NCBI GenBank assembly: GCA_038087875.1
Contig: CM075990.1
Coordinates: forward strand, 16,618,001-16,682,000
Direction: 5' to 3'
From: Malacoraja senta
Lineage: Eukaryota
Length of the DNA stretch: 64,000 nt
Shown here in pieces: positions 55,159-64,000 of the stretch; the first letter of the stretch is position 1; each line of letters starts with the position of its first letter. The position numbers were made by a program, and so were the translations under genes. The notes under the pieces are model-generated. The model did no database searches. It was not told the DNA's origin and was given only the letters and a program-made list of their open reading frames with translations.

Positions 55159-56006
55159 ACTGTTTAGTTTAGCTTGGTTTAGAGATACAGCACGGAAACA
55201 GGCTCTTTGGCCCACGGAGTCCACGCCAACCAATTCTCTGCCTCAGAGGGCGGTGGAGGCAGGTTCTCTTGATGCTTTCAAGAGAGAGCTAGATAGGGCT
55301 CTTAAAAATAGCGGAATCAGGGGATATGGGGAGAAGGCAGGAACGGGGTACTGATTGGGGATGATCAGCCATGATCACATTGAATGGCGGTGCTGGCTCG
55401 AAGGGCCAAATGGCCTACTCCTGCCCTTTGGTCTATTGTCTATTGACCAACACTAGTTCTACCCTGCCACACAAGGGACAATTTTACAATTTTACCAGAG
55501 CCAATTAACTTACAAACCTATACGTCTTTGGAGGAAACCTGAGCACCCGGTGAAAACCCACGCGGGTCACGGGGAGAACGTACAAACTCTGTACAGACAA
55601 CACCCGTAGTCAGGATCGAACCTGGGTCTCTGGCGCTGTGAGGCAGCAACTCTACCGCTGCTCCACAGTGTAAGTGACATCAATTCCCTGAGCCATTGGC
55701 TCAGCTTTAAGATGTCGCTGTGCTTCCTGTCAGACCATGCATCTCCACTGGTGTTCACAGAGCATATTCTCTGTTTAATGGACAATTCACGGTGGCCAAT
55801 GAAACAACCAACCTGCACGTCGTTATGGTGTGGACAAATCTGGAGCACACGGGTGGAATCATAGTCGGCATGGGCGAGTTGGGCCGAAAGGCCTGTTCTG
55901 TACTGTGTGACTCTGTAGCTCTCTGGGTGGTGTGCATTGCAGCTTGGAGCACTATTGGTGAATAAAATGCCTGATGAAGGGTCCCGACACAGCTGATACA
56001 GATATG

Positions 56007-56880
56007 ATAGAAACATAGAAACATAGAAAATAGGTGCCATTCGGCCTTTCGAGCCTGCACCGCCATTCAATAGATCATGGCTGATCATCCAACTCAGTAT
56101 CCTGTACCTGCCTTCTCTCCATACCCCTTGATCCCTTTAGCCACAAGGGTCACATCTAACTCCCTCTTAAATATAGCCAATGAACTGGCCTCAACTACCT
56201 TCTGTGGCAGAGAATTCCACAGATTCACCACTCTCTGTGTGAAAAATGATTTTCTCATCTCGGTCCGAAAAGACTTCCCCCTTATCCTTAAACTGTGACC
56301 CCTTGTTCTGGACTTCCCCAACATCGGGAACAATCTTCCTGCATCTAGCCTGTCCAACCCCTTAAGAATTTTGTACGTTTCTATAAGATCCCCCCTCAAT
56401 CTTCTAAATTCTAGCGAGTACAAGCCGAGTCTATCCAGTCTTTCTTCATATGAAAGTCCTGCCATCCCAGGAATCAGTCTGGTGAACCTTCTCTGTACTC
56501 CCTCTATGGAAAGAATGTCTTTCCTCAGATTAGGAGACCAAAACTGTACGCAATACTCCAGGTGTGGCCTCACCAAGACCCTGTACAACTGCAGTAGAAC
56601 CTCCCTGCTCTTATACTCAAATCCTTTTGCTATGAATGCTAACATACCATTCGCTTTCTTCACTGCCTGCTGCACCTGCATGCCTACTTTCAATGACTGG
56701 TGTACCATGACACCCAGGTCTCGTTGCATCTCCCCTTTTCCTAATCGGCCACCATTCAGATAATAGTCTACTTTCCTGTTTTTGCCACCAAAGTGGATAA
56801 CCTCACATTTATCCACATTATACTACATCTGCCATGCATTTGCCCACTCACCCAGCCTATCCAAGTCACCTTGCAGCCTC
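56007..56880 (-). mobile_element. HER1-type CR1 3' end with an uninterrupted ORF2 C-terminus
   Basis: ORF 56094-56816; (TTTCTATG)n tail. Confidence 0.95.
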
Positions 56881-59696
56881 CATGATGCAGTTCCAGTAGT
56901 TGCTGGAAGAACATGCAAACTCCACACAGACAGCGCCTGGCGGTCAGGACTGATCCTGGGTCAGTGGAACAGTGAGGCAGCAGCTCGAGCAGCTTTGCTT
57001 GTTAATTGCTAATCGCCGCTAACTATTGAATCAAATTCTATAAAATAAATGGAAAAGTTACACACAATTACTGAAGCAATTCAAGATTTCCTTGTGTTAA
57101 GTGCTGCAATTAATTAAAAAATCTCATTGATTTGCATTCCTGATCATCCAAGTAATGAGAGGGACCAGCAGTGTTTATGCACAGGTACTTATGCAGATAC
57201 AGCATTGCAAATTATACTTGTAATGTTGACACTAAATGATGCAGAAGTGAAGCTCTTTAATTATTAAGGAAACATATAAAAGGCTGTGAGTAAATGTAAT
57301 ATTCTGCCGCAAATAAGAAGTTAGTTAACAAATTCACAAGTTAAAGGAGCAGAATGAGGTCATTTGGCCCATCTAGTCTACTCCGCCATTCAATCATGGC
57401 TGATCTCTGCATCCCAATCCCATTTTCCTGCCTTCTCCGACTTGTGAAATGGCAACAGACCAGATTTTGTGATTAGTGGCCAAGTTTACACATTTTACCG
57501 GTAATCGTTAGTGACATGGAAGGTAGACACAAAATGCTGGAGTAACTCAGCGGGACAGACAGCATCTCTGGAGAGAAGGAATGGGTGACATTTCGGGCCG
57601 AGACCCTTCCATATCTCGTTTCCCTCTCCCCTGAATCTCAGTCTGAAGAAGGGCCACGACCCGAAACGTCACTCACTCCTTCTCTCCAGAGATGCTGCCT
57701 GTCCCGCTGAGTTACTCCAGCTTTTTGTGTCGACCATTAGTGACACGCCTGGCCTCCACACAGATCAGAGAATCCCTGCACACTGAATCTGACACTTCCC
57801 TAAATATATCAGATTTAGGGAGATTTCAGAAATCCGACCAATTACATTGAAGAATGTGGACGGACAACAAACTGGGAAGGGAAAACCACTGGAGACCACT
57901 GAAGGAACTGCAGATGCTGGAATCTTGAGCAAAGTACAAAGCGCTGGAGTAACTCAAGGGGTCAGGCAGCATCTGTGGAGGGGAATGGTTAGATGACAAT
58001 AAACTAAACTCAATTAAACTCAATAAGCTCCGCTCTGCTCCCTGGTCCATTCCTGAGTTTGCTGGTTTCAGCCGCCTGGGTGTTTGGAGACTTCAAATTT
58101 TAAACAATTCTCCATTCATCATTTAAAAGCAAAATGCACCAATGATTGCCACCCACTGGCTTTACGAGCGCATTACAGATTAAACCACAGGTTCAGATAA
58201 ATAAAAAGTGAATGTCCATGTAGGTTCAAACTGTCATTAGAAACATTAGTCCTTGGGACAACTTGCATCATATAGATGGCAAGTCAGCCCATTAAATAAT
58301 GTACTTTGGTATTTAACATGAGTACTAATGTAATCTATTCATACATAATGCAAGGCTGTGTAATTCCCCTTTCATTTCTGTTTGGATAAGAGGATTCCAT
58401 TGCTTTCTGTTTAAATAAATTATAAAAGATCCATCAAATATACTTTATGGTGAAAGAACAAACTGTTGTTGTGCCAAAAGCAAAGGACAGGAGTTCCGTC
58501 AGTATGTTTGCAAACTATTTCATATCAGCAGTGCCAACAGCCATTGTAAACATGATGGCTTTGGAAATGAATTCAATTATTTTCCACGCACTAAATGGTT
58601 GATATATTCTGCCCTAAAATTGATAGACTGGCGATATTTCCCTTTAAAAATATCTTTTGCTGTTCTACGTCGATGCACGTGACAATCAACTTCAACTAAA
58701 CTAAACTAAAATGTGTTGATAACTTGTAAGGGGAAGTAACCAGTCCAATATCTTTCATTCATTTGTTCTATATCTCTCTACATCGCCGTCTATATCTCTT
58801 GTTTCCCTTTCCCCTGACTCTCAGTCCGAAGAAGGGTCTCGCCCCAAAAAGGTAACCCATTCCTTCTCTTCAAAAATGCTGTCTGACCCGCTGAGTTACT
58901 GCAGCTTTTTGTGTCTATCTTTAGTTTAAACCAGCATCTGTAGTTTAATTTGGCATCATGTCTGACGTGGACATTGTTGGCCAAACAACCTTTTCTTGTG
59001 CTGTACTTTTCTACAAAGCACAGGAATGATGCCAAGTAAAACCTCGGTTGGCATGGACATGTTGGGCTGAAGGATATGTTGGGCTGAAGGACATGTTGGG
59101 CTGAAGGACCTGTCTCTGTGTTATATCACTATCTGACTCTAATGACATAGAAAATAGAAAATAGGTGCAGGAGGAGGCTATTCGGTCCTTCGAGCCATTG
59201 TGATCATGGCTGATCGTCCCCAATCAATAACCCGAGAATTACATAACATCCAAGGGAATTACAAAGTTGTCCATAATGTTGTTTTATAACGTCAGGATTT
59301 TCCTGACGTTATAAAAATAATAGTCCCATAATTCAATTTCTTTGCTTTGATATTCTCCTTTGGTGGGCATGGATCTCAGTAAAATAAATAGCAGAATGTT
59401 TCAAAATGCTGGTGTGAATTAGAAGATCCTTACTCTGGAGGCTGAGGCTTAAGACTGGGGTTATTGGTCAGATTTGGCCCTGGTTTAAGTAACGGGTGGA
59501 TGAAAACATCTGGAGTTGCATCTTCCCAAGCCTGTCCTGGCCGTACATGGATTATGGCTGATTTGAACTTTGGGCTCAGCTCCTAATCCAAGCATCTTTC
59601 TGGTAAACCTCTTCCACACCCGCTCCAAAACCACCACATCCTTCCTGCAATGGGCTGACTGACCATAACTCCATTCAGAACTCCAAATGTTGAATG

Positions 59697-59879
59697 ATTA
59701 AGAAGGAACTTCAGATGCTGGAAAATCGAAGGTAGACGAAAATGCTGGAGAAACTCAGTGGGTGAGGCAGCATCTATGGAGCGAAGGAATAGGTGACGTT
59801 TCGGGCCGAAAGGTTGCCTATTTCCTTCGCTCCATAGATGCTGCCTCACCCGCTGAGTTTCTCCAGCATTTTTGTCTAC
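59697..59879. mobile_element. Fold-back Penelope-like terminal repeat unit
   Basis: Inverted arms centred on tttcgggccgaaa; 16-bp TSD ctccaaa(t/a)gttgaatg. Confidence 0.8.
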
Positions 59880-60957
59880 CTCCAAAAGTTGAATGTTGGA
59901 GGCAGTGAAGGGAAGGAACAACTTTCTCCTCCTTCCGTTCCTTGTGTCCCATTATGTTATCATGTCTGGTCTAGTTTTAATTGGGATGAATTGTGGACCT
60001 CTCTGATTCACTGATTTGTTGACCCTGTTTCGGCAATGTGCGATCACACTCTCAGATTGGGGTGATTCCGTTGACTCTTTTCATTCCTTGAATCAGCGAG
60101 GCACTTCTTTGAAACACTTTGAACAAAATGTGTACAGTTCCAATAAATACCAGACTCCGTTATCTGTACCAGAGGAATATCCTGGAGCGATGAATCCCTG
60201 CAGGAAGTAATTACAGGCATTTACATTAGTTACAATATTAATTTAGTCAAATTTAGCAACTAATAATCATAATTAACACTAGACTCTTTATAGATTCCAG
60301 TTCTACAAGCAAACAATAAATAATTTATCAGATCACATTATAAATATGCTCCATGATTAATTTCTAATCCTAGTTAGTTTTAATGATGAAAACATAGAGT
60401 CAGAATACGATTATGATTATTATCTTTCTACCACACCCTTCAAAACATCCGACGATCTATCACATTTTTGAACCTTGCAGAGCATGAGAATGGAAGGATT
60501 AAGCTGCACAGCCCTTCACTTCTGTCTGCCATTTAATAAGGTCATAATTGATCCTGCTTCCTATTCAATATTCCATTGTATCCTGATATCTGCGATATCC
60601 CATGGGCAAAATGTGTTCATCGTACCCTGCGAAATGTTCGATTTCTGGGCATCCGGGCCCTCTGAGGTGGAAAAGTGCAAAGATTTTCATCTTTGGGCCA
60701 GATGCAAGCAAACGGCATTAGCATTGTACACCAACTTGGTCGGCATGAATTGGGCGGACCCAAAGGCTTGTTTCCCTGCTGTACATCTCTATGTAAAGAC
60801 CTTTCTGCTCATCTCCATCCTAAATCCTTTATCCTGAGGTAAAAACATAAATTGCTGCAATTTCACAGCGGTTCAGGCAGCATCTGTGGAGAAAGAAATA
60901 TTTAAAGTTAATATTTCAGATCAATAGTCCCAAATCATAGCTGGAAAAATGGTACTT

Positions 60958-61277
60958 TCCAGAACCAGGGGCCACACAGTCTTAGAATAAAGGGGAAGCC
61001 ATTTAAGACTGAGGTGAGAAAAAACTTTTTCACCCAGAGAGTTGTGAATTTGTGGAATTTCCTGCCACTGAGGGCAGTGGAGGCCAAATCACTGGATGGA
61101 TTGAAGAGAGAGTTAGATAGAGCTCTAGGGGCTGGTGGAATCAAGGGATATGGGGAGAAGGCAGGCACGGGTTATTGATTGGGGACGATCAGCTATGATC
61201 ACAATGAATGGTGGTGCTGGCTCGAAGGGCCGAATGGCCTCCTCCTGCACCTATTTGCTATGTTTCTATGTTTCTAT
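60958..61277 (+). mobile_element. CR1/HER1-type 3' end
   Basis: Near-identical to 34198-34508. Confidence 0.9.
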
Positions 61278-62189
61278 GAAAACAGGCGGGTGTGGCATTG
61301 CAGGGAGGAAGTGAGGTGGAGATGACAGAGGCAATAAATGTGACAGGTTCACCAGGTACTGAGTGCTGATGGAAGTGTCCAGTTACTAGGATCAGAACAG
61401 TTCCTATTTGTGCCATTAATTCACTTCCTTTGCTATGCGTGTACATTCTGATAAAGAGCCACTATTTTTGTGTTGTATTTACCATTTTTCCTCCACTTGT
61501 TCCGGCAGGAGGTTTCCTTGTATGTTGGTGTTCCCTGTCCCTTCCTGCTAGACTGATTATTACCATCATTTCACCACCCTGCACCGTTCCATCAGAACCT
61601 TCCACTCTCTACCCCCCAAAGCCAGCTCACCATTTGATCTGATTTGCAAGGATATATACTAGCCCCAACTTGATTCAAGTTAAATCCATCCCAATGAAAT
61701 GGCTCCCTCTTTCCCAAGCATCAGTCATTCATGAATTAAAATTCATGTCTCCAGCATTTGTCTTTAAGCCATGAACGCAACCCCCTCATCTCGTTGACCC
61801 CATTCCAATTTAAATCCTGCTGGGTACACAAAAATGCTGGAGAAACTCAGCGGGTGCAGCAGCATCTATGGAGCGAAGGAAATAGGCAACGTTTCGGGCC
61901 GAAACCCTTCTTCAGACTGCTGGGGATGATCTAGAGAGATTATCGCCTCTCTGGTCCTGCTTTTCATCCCTTCAAAATAACCTTTTTTACACCTATCTAT
62001 ATAACAAAACAAACCCAACAGACAAAGAAGGGTCTCGACCCGAAACGTCACCTATTCCTTCGCTCCATAGATGCTGCCTCGCCCGCTGAGTTTCTCCAGC
62101 ATTTTTGTCTACCAACAGAGAGTAACACAACATTGAGTAACACAACATTGAGTAACACAACAAGCTGGAGTAACTCAGTGGGACAGCGT

Positions 62190-62217
62190 CTGAAGAAGGG
62201 TCTCGACCCGAAACGTC
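62190..62217 (+). ncRNA. Minimal hammerhead ribozyme core (representative copy)
   Basis: CUGAAGA-A-GGGUC(UC)GACCC-GAAA-C-GUC. Confidence 0.6.
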
Positions 62218-63741
62218 ACCCATTCCTTCTCTCCAAGTTGCTGCCTATCCCGCTGAGTTACTCCAGCTTTTTGTGTCTATCTTCAAGTTCATTGAGTGGC
62301 CTGTTTAACCCACTCTGTTGGAAATCAAGCATTGCTTTGTTTTAGCTGAGGGGCTAACCCAGGGATGCTCTGTATTAGCTTGGCTGATCTTCTTGTTTTA
62401 CCCATTTGCTGATCAGAGCTCTCACTGTAAACAGTGCTCTCTGGAACGCTGAGAGCCCCACCGTGATTTTTTAGTTCCAGGATACGGAACTGTTTCGAAT
62501 GAGGAGTTCAAATGGTTGAGTGCTTGACTCACTGCCAAATGAATCACGGGCTTAAGCCCACCAGGCTAGCTGTCACTTGGGCTTGCCTTCCGCACTTCAC
62601 TGAGTCCTGAAAGTCATTTGGTTCTCACAAGAAAGCACCACCAAGAGACTTCATCTTACCCGTGCTCTAAAGTGGCCTGTGGCCAACTGAACTTTTCCTG
62701 CTGTTGTAAAGAGGTTCCTGACCTCTAAGTGCTTGCACTAAAGTTTGATGTCTTTTCTTACTTGGCGAAAGTTTAGTTGCTCAAACACTTTCGGCACCAA
62801 AAGTTATTTGTGAGCGTTTTGTACGTCCTGGTCCCAGATATATTGTGTAGGAAGGAACTGCAGATGCTGGTTTACACCGAAGATCATTTTTCCGACATCC
62901 TTTATCTCCAGAGATGCTGCCTGACCCACTGAATTACTGCAGCATCTCCCCTCTAAATCCATCCTATTCATGTACCTGTCTAAATGTTCCTTAAACATTG
63001 TGACAGTAAAAACAATGGTGATAACTAATGTTGTCTCAAATGGATTTTGTGTGAATCAGACTCAAAAAGCTGGGGTAACTCAGCGGGACAGACAGCATCT
63101 CTGGAGAGAAGGAATGGATGATGTTTCGGGTCGAGACCCTTCTTCAGACCTTCTTCAGATATACTGTATGTGTTTGTGTCTGCACCATTTTAGGAGAATC
63201 GGCACCAATAATGGGGGATTATCGATGACAACAGCTGCTGATAACAAACCTGTTGCATCCAAACAAATTCAGCTGCTGTTTGAGGGAAAGGAAAATAAGT
63301 GAAATGGATGGATTGAAAGTAACCACAGTAACTATCTCTCAGATGACAGAGAGAGCTCTTTATTGGCTTTCTTTTGAACATTTGACAGGCTTGAAGCCTC
63401 TGATGCACACTTAACATGGTCCAGCTTAATACTGGGTGGGAACCACGCACAAGACAGGACAGTTGTACGCCAATTTCTGTCCATCAGCATTAATGCGTTG
63501 AAAACCCCACAGGAGTTCTGGCCTCTGTGCCTGAACTATCCCTGTGTGCACGTCTAAGCCACAAGCTTCCATCCTGTGCATGTCACTTCCAAACACCGGC
63601 CCTGTAATCCGATTTGAACCGAAGAGCTACGGGAAATAAAGTTATCTTCTTCTCACTGCCGTGCATGCTGAGATTTACACTGGCATTAACAACCAGGGGA
63701 GAAGTCTGCCCCTTGCTGCCCCTACTCCAGAAATAAAACGT

Positions 63742-64000
63742 GGGCAGCACGGTGGCGCAGCGGTAGAGTTGCTGCCTCACAGCGCCTGAGACCCGGGTTC
63801 AATCCTGACTACTGGTGCTGTCTGTACGGAGTTTGTACGTTTTCTCCGTGACCGCGTGGGTTTTCTCCGGGATCTCTGGTTTCCTCCTACACTCCAAAGA
63901 CGTACAAGATTGTAGGTTAATTGGCTTGGTTTAATTGCAAATTGTCCCTGGTGCGTGGAGTATAGTGCAGTGATCGCTGGTCGGTGTGGACTCGGCAGGC
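63742..64000 (+). mobile_element. HE1-type SINE cut off by the window end
   Basis: gggcagcacggtggcgcagcgg head; B box ggttcaatcc. Confidence 0.88.

Noticed and set aside
59055..59110. 17-bp triplication (also a 15-bp triplication at ~62119-62160)
   Set aside because: Ordinary local slippage within TE remnants
63742..63815. tRNA genes at SINE heads
   Set aside because: A/B boxes run straight into the SINE body; no complete cloverleaf

Overview
Vertebrate genomic DNA, almost certainly elasmobranch (shark/skate/ray); this is inferred from abundant HER1-type CR1 LINEs and HE1/V-SINE-type tRNA SINEs. No intact host protein-coding gene is recognisable. The window is intronic or intergenic and made mostly of nested, 5'-truncated retroelements (CR1/HER1, Rex1/Babar, L2, Penelope-like), DNA-transposon MITEs, very long (CA)n arrays and one 200-N gap. 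Most ORF-track entries are microsatellite or TE artefacts. Three observations stand out. (1) A ~142-bp SINE-like element, present twice with target-site duplications (TSDs), starts exactly at G1 of a minimal HDV/CPEB3-like ribozyme fold and ends in a 3' stem-loop and (GAA)n tail. (2) The most abundant short repeat is a Penelope-like terminal repeat carrying a minimal hammerhead ribozyme core with covarying stem II, often inserted as fold-back units. (3) A 3.2-kb Harbinger-like element (TIRs plus TTA TSD) carries cargo resembling a captured promoter and signal-peptide first exon, later split by an L2. Repeat boundaries were read by eye and are approximate unless a TSD or TIR is quoted.
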